A stretch of DNA of 41,016 nt. It comes from Bacteroidota bacterium. Lineage in GTDB: Bacteria > Bacteroidota > Bacteroidia > AKYH767-A > 2013-40CM-41-45. This document shows positions 24,543-33,611 of the stretch, piece by piece. The notes beneath the pieces are model-generated. The model saw only the letters and a list, made by a program, of their open reading frames with translations, searched no databases and was not told where the DNA came from. Location of the stretch: positions 1 through 41,016 of the forward strand of contig JBDTTM010000001.1 in assembly GCA_039930605.1 (NCBI GenBank). Reading direction: 5' to 3'. Position 1 is the stretch's first letter. The number at the start of each line of letters is the position of its first letter. Position numbers and translations under genes: made by a program.

Positions 24543-26579
24543 ATGAAAAAGAACATGAAAAAATTGATACTTGGTCTGCTCCTTCTCGTTTTCTCCTTCG
24601 TTGGAATGGAAAATATTTTTGCCTCGAATTACCTTTTAACGAAGGACAGTCTGCAGGATTATCCAAATATCATAGATAAAAACTGGAAATTTTACGCTGG
24701 TGTTGATACAACGATGGCTGCACAATCATTTAACGACAGCCAATGGATGAATGTGAAAACCTTTTTGAGATGGAGTGACACAATGCATACTACATTTTCC
24801 GGTATTGGTTGGTTCCGCCTTCATATTACGGCTGATACATCTGTAGCCGGTGTTCCGCTTGCCATGTCGATCACACATTTTGGAGCATCTGAAATATATC
24901 TTGATGGCAAACGCCTTAAGTCCTTCGGAAAAATCAGAGATGCCGACAGCACAGAATATTATGATCCGCGGGACGTGCCATTTATATTCACAATTGAAGA
25001 GACAGGTGAACATGTCCTTGCTGTCCGCTATGCAAATTACAATGCTGCAGAAAATTTCAAAACCTTTGGACAGTCCAGGGGAGGATTCGAACTGATGATC
25101 GGGCAGGCGGATAACTTCATCGCCTCGAAAAACGAACGCAGTACCATACTGTCATTTTTCCTGATGCTGCTGGCCGGAATTTTTATTGCAATTTGTGTAA
25201 TTCACCTGTTCTTATTTATCTATCACCGGGCAGACTGGTCCAATCTTTATTTCAGCTTTTTTATGTTTTGTGTTGGCTTCCTCTTTATCATTGGTTTTAT
25301 CGGGTACACCTCTTCCGATCCTTCATTTGCCATCAAGGCTATTTTTCTTACACAGCCTGTGATTGTAATCGCTTGCATTTCACTTTCAGGATTTATCAGG
25401 GAACTATTTGCCAAAAGGAAATGGCGGTTCGCGTTCATCATTACTTTGGGAATCGTCTCATTTTTATTGCGTTTTTACAACCTCCCGCTGGCTTCAATAC
25501 TTACTGCTGCACTCCTCGTTATCGTATCATTTGAGGCTGTATTCACAATTATTTTCGGAATGATAAAACGGGTGAAGGGCGCCCGTATTATTGGTACCGG
25601 TATTTTGTTTTTTGCTTTTTTCATTCTCACTATTTTTACCATGGCAATCGCCAACGGTGGTAATTTCGATATCAATGACACAACATTAACCGGCAAAATC
25701 CTGGAGCTGTTTTTGGTTCTTTCTATCCTGAGCATTCCTGTATCAATGTCACTTTACCAGGCCTGGCGGTTCGCAAGCATAAACAAAGACCTGGGATTAC
25801 AATTGTCGCAGGTGAAAGTGCTATCAAAAAAATCACTAGAACAGGAGCAGGAAAAGAAGAAAATTCTGGAAACACAAAAGGAGAAACTGGAAGAAGAAGT
25901 GATTATCCGCACTTCAGAATTAATGAGCGAGAAGAAGAAATCAGATGACTTACTCCTGAACATCCTGCCATCAGAAGTTGCTGAAGAACTGAAAGCAAAA
26001 GGAACTGCCGCAGCTAAACAATTTGATGAAGTCACCGTTCTGTTCACTGATTTTAAAAACTTTACCAGCGTAAGTGAAAGACTTACTGCCCAGGAACTGG
26101 TGAATGAAATAAACTATTGTTACAGTGAATTCGATAAAATAATTTCAAAATATGGTATTGAAAAGATAAAGACCATCGGTGATGCATACATGTGTGCCGG
26201 CGGCTTACCTGTTGCCAATAAAACAAATGCAGAAGATACCGTGAAGGCAGGATTGGATATCCTGGATTTTATGTTGAATGAAAATGAACTGCGGACTGCC
26301 AATGGAAAAACCTTCTTTGAAATCAGGATTGGAATTCATACAGGTCCGGTGGTTGCGGGAATTGTCGGAATTAAAAAGTTCGCTTATGATATTTGGGGTG
26401 ACACAGTTAACATTGCATCCCGAATGGAATCGGCAGGTGAAGCTGGAAAAGTGAATATCAGCGGCGGTACTTATGCATTGGTGAAGGATAAATTTTCATG
26501 CGTGCATCGCGGAAAAATTGAAGCCAAGAACAAAGGCATGATTGATATGTTTTTTATTAGCCGACGTGACTACGCATAG
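24543..26579 (+). CDS. 7TMR-DISM-type sensor fused to a class III adenylate cyclase
   Basis: Signal peptide. Extracellular jelly-roll-like region (WKFYAG...GIGWFRLHI...EIYLDGKR...HVLAVRY). Seven hydrophobic helices (about 25140-25790). Coiled coil (EQEQEKKKILETQKEKLEEE). Cyclase core VTVLFTDFKNFT, IKTIGDAYMC, IRIGIHTGPVVAGIVG, FAYDIWGDTVNIASRMES. Confidence 0.9.
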   Translation: MKKNMKKLILGLLLLVFSFVGMENIFASNYLLTKDSLQDYPNIIDKNWKFYAGVDTTMAAQSFNDSQWMNVKTFLRWSDTMHTTFSGIGWFRLHITADTSVAGVPLAMSITHFGASEIYLDGKRLKSFGKIRDADSTEYYDPRDVPFIFTIEETGEHVLAVRYANYNAAENFKTFGQSRGGFELMIGQADNFIASKNERSTILSFFLMLLAGIFIAICVIHLFLFIYHRADWSNLYFSFFMFCVGFLFIIGFIGYTSSDPSFAIKAIFLTQPVIVIACISLSGFIRELFAKRKWRFAFIITLGIVSFLLRFYNLPLASILTAALLVIVSFEAVFTIIFGMIKRVKGARIIGTGILFFAFFILTIFTMAIANGGNFDINDTTLTGKILELFLVLSILSIPVSMSLYQAWRFASINKDLGLQLSQVKVLSKKSLEQEQEKKKILETQKEKLEEEVIIRTSELMSEKKKSDDLLLNILPSEVAEELKAKGTAAAKQFDEVTVLFTDFKNFTSVSERLTAQELVNEINYCYSEFDKIISKYGIEKIKTIGDAYMCAGGLPVANKTNAEDTVKAGLDILDFMLNENELRTANGKTFFEIRIGIHTGPVVAGIVGIKKFAYDIWGDTVNIASRMESAGEAGKVNISGGTYALVKDKFSCVHRGKIEAKNKGMIDMFFISRRDYA

Positions 26580-26689
26580 GCGGATGTAGAGGGTTCTCCT
26601 CGCGTTGCCAACTCCGCCGAAGGAGTTTCTTTGGCTGCGAAGGCCGGGCATCACCGTAGCAAGCTGCGAGGTATTTGGTGAAGGAGAAT

Positions 26690-26719
26690 AAAAAAAACCG
26701 TCCCTGTTTAAGGAGACGG
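26690..26719 (-). terminator. Rho-independent terminator for the DUF1579 gene
   Basis: Minus strand reads ccgtctcc ttaaaca gggacgg followed by eight T (plus strand a26690-a26697). The core stem is CCGTC/GACGG plus a bulged extension. Confidence 0.6.
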
Positions 26720-26743
26720 CTTAATGTTAGTGATCTTACTTTT

Positions 26744-27340
26744 TTATTTTCGTGTGAATTTAATTTCCATATTTTTAAATTCCTTTCCTCCTGCCGGTGT
26801 CATGTACATGGTCATCATCTGGTTATTGTCATCTATCATAGTAAACTCCTCGCGCACATCCATATCCTTTCCACTCATCGCATCCATTTGTTTGCCTTTA
26901 GAGGTTACAGTTTTGGTATCAGGATTATAAGTTCCTTCCATTGTCATAACACCTGTTCCAAAATTATCAACCCATGAACTTTGGAACATTTTCTTTGCAT
27001 TGTCATAACCCATGATACTCATTCCTTCAAAAGGCATTCCGTTAAAAGAACCTTTGTGCATACTCTGCTGGTAACGGCCACCCATGATCATTGTATTTGT
27101 GCAGGATCCTGAACTTTTTGTTGCAGGAGCTGAAGGATCCATCCACATGGTGATGTCTTCATTCCATTCACCATTTGATTTAGCAACCATTGCGTGTACG
27201 TCTCCGGGAGTCATATACGCCTGCCACTTTTTCATCATGGCTGCTTCTTGAGCCGACATTGGCTTGTCACTTCCGGTTTGTGCCATTGCGCTACCAGCTA
27301 TGCCTGCAGCGAAAGCGAGAATAAATGTAATTTTTTTCAT
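26744..27340 (-). CDS. Secreted DUF1579-like protein, unusually Met-rich
   Basis: Signal peptide MKKITFILAFAAGIAGSAMAQ. W..Y..PG..H, GEW, MGGRY and GYDN blocks recalled from DUF1579. 27 Met in 198 aa by hand count. Confidence 0.7.
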   Translation of the reverse strand: MKKITFILAFAAGIAGSAMAQTGSDKPMSAQEAAMMKKWQAYMTPGDVHAMVAKSNGEWNEDITMWMDPSAPATKSSGSCTNTMIMGGRYQQSMHKGSFNGMPFEGMSIMGYDNAKKMFQSSWVDNFGTGVMTMEGTYNPDTKTVTSKGKQMDAMSGKDMDVREEFTMIDDNNQMMTMYMTPAGGKEFKNMEIKFTRK

Positions 27341-27371
27341 GAGCGTTTTATTAGAGGTTTAAATGTTGAAA

Positions 27372-27379
27372 CAAATATA
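27372..27379 (-). promoter_or_regulatory. Putative -7 box (TATATTTG on the minus strand)
   Basis: Plus strand reads caaatata, 32 nt upstream of the ATG at 27340. Confidence 0.4.
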
Positions 27380-27546
27380 CCTTTTATAATTCAAATTAAT
27401 AAATCAACTTTTTTCAAATATTTTGATCTCTTTTACCTTATTGTGACGCATTGCGAGTGGAAAATGGCTTACTTCCCCACATTCATTACATGCATCTTTC
27501 CTCAACTTATCATATATTTACACGGTCAAATTCCACTAAAATTTTA

Positions 27547-30500
27547 ATGAAAAATATCTATTGTCTTGCACTGCTTTACGCGGCATTCATGTCAAATGAT
27601 GCTGTATCACAGCCATGGCTAAAACAGTCAATTGTTTCCAGTACAACTGATGTTTCAGAGTCTAAAAAAGGATCTAACTTTTTAGATATCCAGAAAAAAT
27701 TTAATGAATACTGGAAGGATAAAGCACCTTCGAAGAACGAAGATGAAAACCGTGAAGAAGGCGGTTTTCAGCAATTCAAACGATGGGAAGCTTTCATGAA
27801 GCCCCGCACTTTTCCTACAGGGGAATTTTTCGATCCTGAAATTTTGGTAAAAGAACACCAAAAGCAAAAACAATCGCAACTTAGAATGGCTGTTCACCCT
27901 GCGGTTACAGCAGCGAATTGGACATTTGTCGGGCCCACATCTATTCCCGGTGGTGGTGGTGGAACAGGCCGCGTGAATTGTATCAGGTTCGATCCTACCA
28001 ATACAAATACAGTTTATATCGGTGCTGCTGCCGGTGGCGTTTGGAAATCCACAAATAGCGGAAGTACATGGACTTCGAATACAGATTTCTTAGATGCATT
28101 GAGTGTTGCCGATATTGCCATTAATCCAAGATATCCGGATTCGGTTTTCATTGCCACAGGTGACGGATATGGATACGAGGTTGGACAGGATTTCTGGGGT
28201 GGAACATACAGCGCAGGTGTGGTGGTCTCTGCAGATGGCGGACAAACCTGGAACACAACCGGTCTCTCTTACAACCAGACACAGTCAACTATCATCCAGC
28301 GGTTGCTTATTAATCCTTCTGATCCGGATATTTTATTGGCATGCACACGGACAGCAATTTTTCGATCTACTGATGCAGGTGCTAACTGGACTTCTGTTCG
28401 CACTGGTCATTATTACGACATGGAATTTAAACCGAACGATCCGAATACAGTTTATGCAAGTAGTTCTTCCGGCATTGCAATCTCGTCGAACAAGGGTGCT
28501 ACATGGTCAACAGCAGGCAGTGTAAGTGGCAGCGGAAGGGTTTCCATCGCGGTTACTGCTGCGAACCCATTGGTTATATATGCATTGGGAGAAAATGGGA
28601 ATTTTTATAAATCCTCCAATGGTGGAACTACCTTTCTTGCAATGGCCTCACCCCTCACCATTGCAAACTTTTACGGATATTATGATGCAGTACTTGCCTG
28701 TTCACCGATAGATGAAAATAAAGTTTTTGTCGCAGGGATGAATATTGCCAAGACAAGTAATGGAGGCGCTACCTGGAGTGCAGCCGGAACGAATATTCAT
28801 GTAGATAATCATGTACTTGAATTTTTACCCAATAACAACAATGTAATCTGGTGTGGAAATGACGGCAGTATTTATTCATCGACGAACAGTGGAACTTCAT
28901 GGACGGATCTTGGAAACGGGATTGGAATAAAACAATATTACCGGCTGGGTTGCAGCACAATTACTCCTTATAAAATGCTGGCCGGCGCACAGGACAATGG
29001 TACAGATCGTTTATCGGGTACATCGTGGCAAAAAGTTGAAGGTGGTGATGGAATGGAGTGTTTAATTGACAGAACCAATGACCAGGTAATGTATGTGAGC
29101 TGGCAATACGGGAATATTGAAAAATCAACCAATGGTGGAAATTCTTTCACTGACATCACGCCTGCTGCCGGTGACTGGACAACTCCATTTATGCAGGACC
29201 CCATAGTAGCAAATACGTTGGTCGGAGGCTGGGACGAAGTTTATCGTTCAACAAATGCAGGTAACAACTGGACACAAATCTCCAGCGGCAATTTCAATGG
29301 AAATATTTATGCGCTTGCAATGACAGAAGCGAATAACAGTGTGATCTATGCCGCTACGCTTGATAAAATAAACCGGACAGTGAATACGGGCGCATCATGG
29401 ACCAATATTACTCCTGGTTTACCTGTTGCAACCGTTGGAATGACGTATATCACTGTGAGTAATACAGATCAGAATAAATTATGGGTCAGCTTCTCAGGAT
29501 ATTCTTCCGGTAACAAAGTTTTTTATTCTTCCGATGGAGGAAACAGCTGGACAAATTATTCAGGCACTTTGCCAAACATTCCTGTGAATTGTATCACGTA
29601 CCAGAAAAACAGCCAGGATGCTGTATATATCGGTACGGATTTCGGGATTTTTTACAGGGATGCGACCATGTCTGATTGGATTCCATACAATACAGGATTG
29701 CCAAATGTAATTGTGTATGAACTCGAAATCAATTACTCCATTCAGAAAATACGCGCTGCCACTTATGGCAGAAGTATTTGGGAAAGTGACCTGAATTCTT
29801 CTTCAAATTTTACTTTGGATGCCGGCGTAACTACAATTCTTAGCCCCGGTACTTCAACTTGTAATAACACATTTGTACCTGTTGTAAGAATCAGGAATTA
29901 TGGACAGGATACGATGACGTCTGTAAATATCAATTACCAACTGGATGCCAATGCAGTATTGACTTTTCCCTGGACAGGATCCCTTGCGCAGGGAACAAAC
30001 GCCGATGTCACACTTCCTGCAATCACTTCAGTTGCGGGCAATCATTCGTTTACAGTTTTTACAAGTGACCCCAATGCTTCTGTGGATCAGAATACTTTCA
30101 ATGATACGCGGACGATGACTTTTGATATCAATTCGATCGTAACAGTTGCGCCTGTTGTTGAAGGTTTTGAAAATGCTGCCTTCCCTCCCACCGGCTGGAC
30201 ATTTATTGATAACAATAATCCAACTATGTTTTATCACCTGACAGCGGCTGGTGGTTTTGGAAATTCTGCTTCATCTCTCCGCGGTAGATGTTACGTGCTT
30301 ACAAATGCCTATGCTTCCATGCTTTCGACGCCGGTAGATTTTACCAACCTGGTGGCTCCGGCTTCGCTTACTTTCAGTGTAGCCTATGCGATGAAAAGTT
30401 CTACTTCCAATGATTCATTGAATGTTTACGTGAGCCTTGATTGCGGGAATTCCTGGATCCGGAAATATTCAAAGACCGGGGCTTCTTTGGCTACAGCACC

Positions 30501-30927
30501 AAATCATACCAACAATTACACACCATCAGCCACAGAATGGAGGACTGAACTGGTAGATTTGTCAGCTTACACAGGTCAGCCGAATGTGCAGATCCGTTTC
30601 GAGTTTTATGGAAATTCCGGTAACAATATCCATGTTGATGATATCAATTTATTTGATGCAATTATTGGAATAGATGAAAATAGTACTTCCGCTTCTGTGA
30701 GTGTATTCCCGAATCCATCCAGGGATATGGTGCACTTCAACCTGCCGGCATCTCTCGAAAATGGTTTGATCACAATTTTTTCTACCCTTGGAAAAACAGT
30801 GAAAGAAATTCCTGTGATTGAAAGTTCTATGGATATTAAACTCAATGATCTTTCAACAGGAGTTTATTTTTACCAGGTGAGCGGAAGCAATAGCAAGCCA
30901 ATCATGGGTAAACTTGTGAAAGAGTAA
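27547..30927 (+). CDS. T9SS cargo: sortilin/VPS10- or GH74-like double beta-propeller (BNR/Asp-box repeats), CARDB-like domain, choice-of-anchor-J/MAM-like domain, C-terminal sorting domain
   Basis: The ORF is open from 27451, but the signal peptide MKNIYCLALLYAAFMSNDAVSQ starts at 27547. Eleven S-x-D/N-x-G-x-T/S-W boxes (STNSGSTW, SADGGQTW, STDAGANW, SSNKGATW, TSNGGATW, STNSGTSW, STNAGNNW, SSDGGNSW and others). EGFENAAFPPTGWTFID. CTD SVFPNPSRDMVHF...GVYFYQV (about 30691-30924). Confidence 0.85.
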   Translation: MKNIYCLALLYAAFMSNDAVSQPWLKQSIVSSTTDVSESKKGSNFLDIQKKFNEYWKDKAPSKNEDENREEGGFQQFKRWEAFMKPRTFPTGEFFDPEILVKEHQKQKQSQLRMAVHPAVTAANWTFVGPTSIPGGGGGTGRVNCIRFDPTNTNTVYIGAAAGGVWKSTNSGSTWTSNTDFLDALSVADIAINPRYPDSVFIATGDGYGYEVGQDFWGGTYSAGVVVSADGGQTWNTTGLSYNQTQSTIIQRLLINPSDPDILLACTRTAIFRSTDAGANWTSVRTGHYYDMEFKPNDPNTVYASSSSGIAISSNKGATWSTAGSVSGSGRVSIAVTAANPLVIYALGENGNFYKSSNGGTTFLAMASPLTIANFYGYYDAVLACSPIDENKVFVAGMNIAKTSNGGATWSAAGTNIHVDNHVLEFLPNNNNVIWCGNDGSIYSSTNSGTSWTDLGNGIGIKQYYRLGCSTITPYKMLAGAQDNGTDRLSGTSWQKVEGGDGMECLIDRTNDQVMYVSWQYGNIEKSTNGGNSFTDITPAAGDWTTPFMQDPIVANTLVGGWDEVYRSTNAGNNWTQISSGNFNGNIYALAMTEANNSVIYAATLDKINRTVNTGASWTNITPGLPVATVGMTYITVSNTDQNKLWVSFSGYSSGNKVFYSSDGGNSWTNYSGTLPNIPVNCITYQKNSQDAVYIGTDFGIFYRDATMSDWIPYNTGLPNVIVYELEINYSIQKIRAATYGRSIWESDLNSSSNFTLDAGVTTILSPGTSTCNNTFVPVVRIRNYGQDTMTSVNINYQLDANAVLTFPWTGSLAQGTNADVTLPAITSVAGNHSFTVFTSDPNASVDQNTFNDTRTMTFDINSIVTVAPVVEGFENAAFPPTGWTFIDNNNPTMFYHLTAAGGFGNSASSLRGRCYVLTNAYASMLSTPVDFTNLVAPASLTFSVAYAMKSSTSNDSLNVYVSLDCGNSWIRKYSKTGASLATAPNHTNNYTPSATEWRTELVDLSAYTGQPNVQIRFEFYGNSGNNIHVDDINLFDAIIGIDENSTSASVSVFPNPSRDMVHFNLPASLENGLITIFSTLGKTVKEIPVIESSMDIKLNDLSTGVYFYQVSGSNSKPIMGKLVKE

Positions 30928-30935
30928 AGTAACTT

Positions 30936-31934
30936 TTACATCTTTACAATCTTCATGGAAATAATTTCTCCTGATGTTGTTTCGATCCTGAGAAAATAGA
31001 TTCCAGCCTGAAACGATGTAACATCAATTTCAATTGCTGTTTCACTGGTACTTTCAAATGGATTTTCAAATTTCAAATTCTCAGGAATTCCTAGCAGGTT
31101 AACAATTTCAATTGTTTTGATTGCCAAATACCTGTTGCCTATTGTCAACTTACTCTCCACAGGGTTTGGATATGCAATTATTCCACTTCTTTCAAGTAAA
31201 GTAGATACAGACGCGGCGCCACATCCTCCCCACAAATAAAACCGTTCCTGCAAAGAATCAATCGGCTCCTGGTAATTGGGAAATGTATTGATTGACATGT
31301 TGAGATAAAATGGAGTTCCCCCAACTGTATCAGAAGGATTGGCAACACGTATGAAAGCAGACACAGCAGAAATTCCAAGAGGCGCGCATCGTGTATCAGC
31401 ACCGGGGACTTTTGCTCCTTGTAAAGCAGACATCAGCCTGCAGGCAAGATCTCCGGGTGTATTCAGAAACCGGCTTTCCATGCTATCCAGTATCTGTTGC
31501 CCGAGGAGAATATTCCCTTGTATCGCATAGCCGGGACCATTAATATGATTGTGATAATTGAGACATGCGGAACCCGTATAGCCTGCTGAAGCACCTGTAA
31601 CATCTATGATTCCATATTGCCTGATTGTCGGATCACCCTGTGCATCATGCAACGTAACCGAATCAATGATCTGTTGGGGAGTTAATCCAAGCAACATCAA
31701 TGAATGCGCATACGTTTTGTTAGCCTGTAACCACGATGCCTGTGTATGTATTACCCCTAACCCCGGAAGCACGTCACTGATGATGACTGCACTCGTGGTC
31801 CCCTGGATACATGTTGCGCCGGCACTTCCTACCTGGCCGGTGATGGAATCGTAGGCGCAGATGGAGAAGGTGTCCTGGGCACTGGCACGAAATGGAAACA
31901 CTGCCGCAAGGAGAATTACATAAATTATTTTCAT
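30936..31934 (-). CDS. DUF1028 (Ntn-hydrolase-fold) protein with a T9SS C-terminal sorting domain
   Basis: Signal peptide ending ASAQ, then DTFSICAYDSITGQVGSAGATC (DUF1028 N-terminal nucleophile-type motif). GVIHTQA. CTD IIAYPNPVESKLTI...GIYFLRIETTSGEIISMKIVKM (30939-31184). Confidence 0.78.
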   Translation of the reverse strand: MKIIYVILLAAVFPFRASAQDTFSICAYDSITGQVGSAGATCIQGTTSAVIISDVLPGLGVIHTQASWLQANKTYAHSLMLLGLTPQQIIDSVTLHDAQGDPTIRQYGIIDVTGASAGYTGSACLNYHNHINGPGYAIQGNILLGQQILDSMESRFLNTPGDLACRLMSALQGAKVPGADTRCAPLGISAVSAFIRVANPSDTVGGTPFYLNMSINTFPNYQEPIDSLQERFYLWGGCGAASVSTLLERSGIIAYPNPVESKLTIGNRYLAIKTIEIVNLLGIPENLKFENPFESTSETAIEIDVTSFQAGIYFLRIETTSGEIISMKIVKM

Positions 31935-31984
31935 GGTTATTTATTTAGTCATTCGTGATTAAGTCAGGATGTCACTGAGAAAAA

Positions 31985-33514
31985 CTATTCTATTATTAGT
32001 TTTTGAATAGTGGTTCCATTTTCCAGTTGAAGTTTTACGAAATATATACCCTTCGCTAACAATTCACCGTTTAAGGTTGTTAGTTCATTATTGAGTTTTA
32101 CAGCATACTTTTTCTCACCGAGCAGATTGTAAATTTCAACCTGAACATTTTGTAACTTATGTGTATTGTGGATCGTGCAAGTCCCTGATACAGGGTTGGG
32201 TGAAATAAAAAAGTCACCTTGGTTTATTGAATATTCATTGATACCTAATGGTTCACAAAGAGAGATAAAGCTATCTAAATGTCCAATTACCATTGCAGGG
32301 ATTCCTACAGAAAAATTTGTTGGCGAAACGATCGTAGCGGCAGTGTTCTCCTGAATATTCCATCCATTAGAAAGAGTTTGGAGATTGCTTTGATTACAAT
32401 TACTGTTTCCATCACTTGTCGTCTTAATAAAATAAATACCGGTAGTATCAGAGCCAAATCTGAACTTGAAGCCGGTTACAATATACCCACTATCATTTGT
32501 TTGCCAAACTGAGTTTGGATCCGGAAAAGGAATATAATAATCTCCCTCATCATATATTTTTGTCCAAACGTTAAAACCAAGATCATTAATTTTAAGTAAG
32601 AAAACATCTGTGTAACCATCAGTACCCGTACAAGAACCTGTCACAATATACCCCTGATCATTTGTTTGAACGATGGAGAAAGCTATGGATTCAGTTCCGA
32701 CAACGTAATCATGAGACCATTCCATAGTTCCTGCTGAATCTGTTTTTAGAATATTAATCCCAGCGGAACCAGCGTAACCTCCTATAATATATCCACCATC
32801 TGTAGTTTGCTGGACAGAAATCGCAAACTCGTAGTGCACGTCACCATAAGTTTTCGACCATTCTAAATTACCATTCATATCTGTTTTAACAAGGTAAAAA
32901 TCAGTAAGGCCAGCACCGAAACTCTCTGTAGCTCCGGCAATAATATAGCCTCCATCATTCGTCTGCTTAATTGAACGGCCATATTCAGTTAGCCAACCGC
33001 CATAGCCTTTTGTCCAAAGCGTATCACCATTGCTATTGGTCTTTATCAAAAAGATATCACCCAAAAACGTTCCGGATATCATATATCCGCTATCACTTGT
33101 CTCGCATACAGAATATGCCTCTGCATCATACGAAATATTATTAAATGACCTTGTCCATACTGTATCTCCATTGCTGTCCGTTTTAATCAGGTAGATATTC
33201 GAACTCAAATTACCTGATCCGGCTAGAATATAACCACCATCAAAAGTCTGCTGCATAGCATGAGTTAAGTTATATACAGTATCTAAATAAGTCTTTGTCC
33301 ACAAGGTATCGCCAACAGAATCGGCTTTCATTAAAAAATTTTTTCTGGGAAATTGACCGATATATCCTGCAAATATATATCCACCATCGCTAGATTGCTG
33401 AACTGCACTTGCACATCCTTCATGAAGTCCTCCAACTACTTTCTGAAATGTAATTTGTGCTGTTATCGGAAATACAAAAAGAAAAAAATGCGCAAATAAT
33501 GTGGCAATTTTCAT
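31985..33514 (-). CDS. T9SS cargo with seven repeats of about 48 aa (probable 7-bladed beta-propeller)
   Basis: Seven units of Q(T/S).DGGYI..G......(D/N)..L(I/V)KTD..G...W(T/S)K.Y. CTD FFISPNPVSGTCTI...GIYFVKLQLENGTTIQKLIIE (31988-32215). Confidence 0.8.
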   Translation of the reverse strand: MKIATLFAHFFLFVFPITAQITFQKVVGGLHEGCASAVQQSSDGGYIFAGYIGQFPRKNFLMKADSVGDTLWTKTYLDTVYNLTHAMQQTFDGGYILAGSGNLSSNIYLIKTDSNGDTVWTRSFNNISYDAEAYSVCETSDSGYMISGTFLGDIFLIKTNSNGDTLWTKGYGGWLTEYGRSIKQTNDGGYIIAGATESFGAGLTDFYLVKTDMNGNLEWSKTYGDVHYEFAISVQQTTDGGYIIGGYAGSAGINILKTDSAGTMEWSHDYVVGTESIAFSIVQTNDQGYIVTGSCTGTDGYTDVFLLKINDLGFNVWTKIYDEGDYYIPFPDPNSVWQTNDSGYIVTGFKFRFGSDTTGIYFIKTTSDGNSNCNQSNLQTLSNGWNIQENTAATIVSPTNFSVGIPAMVIGHLDSFISLCEPLGINEYSINQGDFFISPNPVSGTCTIHNTHKLQNVQVEIYNLLGEKKYAVKLNNELTTLNGELLAKGIYFVKLQLENGTTIQKLIIE

Positions 33515-33533
33515 CCTAAGATTAATTATCCCT

Positions 33534-33541
33534 CAAACTTA
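33534..33541 (-). promoter_or_regulatory. Putative -7 box (TAAGTTTG on the minus strand)
   Basis: Plus strand reads caaactta, 20 nt upstream of the ATG at 33514. Confidence 0.4.
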
Positions 33542-33611
33542 CAATAAAAAAAAATTGCGTCCCTTTTTAGTGTAGCCATCCCGGATTTCTTGTGTCTTTA
33601 ATCTTGCTTCT

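Noticed and set aside
24433-24666. 77-aa minus-strand ORF spanning the divergent promoter region and the cyclase 5' end
   Set aside because: It overlaps the cyclase signal-peptide coding region in antisense. It has no motif and is probably spurious.
24726-26302. Alternative-frame and antisense ORFs inside the cyclase gene (24726-25013, 24850-25095, 25193-25534, 25247-25441, 25475-25735, 25754-26047, 26120-26302)
   Set aside because: The plus-strand 678-aa frame has unambiguous 7TM and class III cyclase motifs, and the others are shadow ORFs.
26675-26977. 100-aa and 68-aa plus-strand ORFs opposite the DUF1579 gene
   Set aside because: They are antisense to a signal-peptide protein with a matching promoter box and terminator. 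Their His/Ile/Ser-rich sequences mirror the Met-rich codons on the other strand.
27451-27546. 32-codon N-terminal extension of the BNR-propeller ORF
   Set aside because: Same logic: the signal peptide MKNIYCLALLYAAF begins at ATG 27547.
28014-30845. Short ORFs within or antisense to the propeller gene (for example 28103-28525 and 28526-28711)
   Set aside because: They interrupt no Asp-box periodicity in the main frame and no independent support was recognised.
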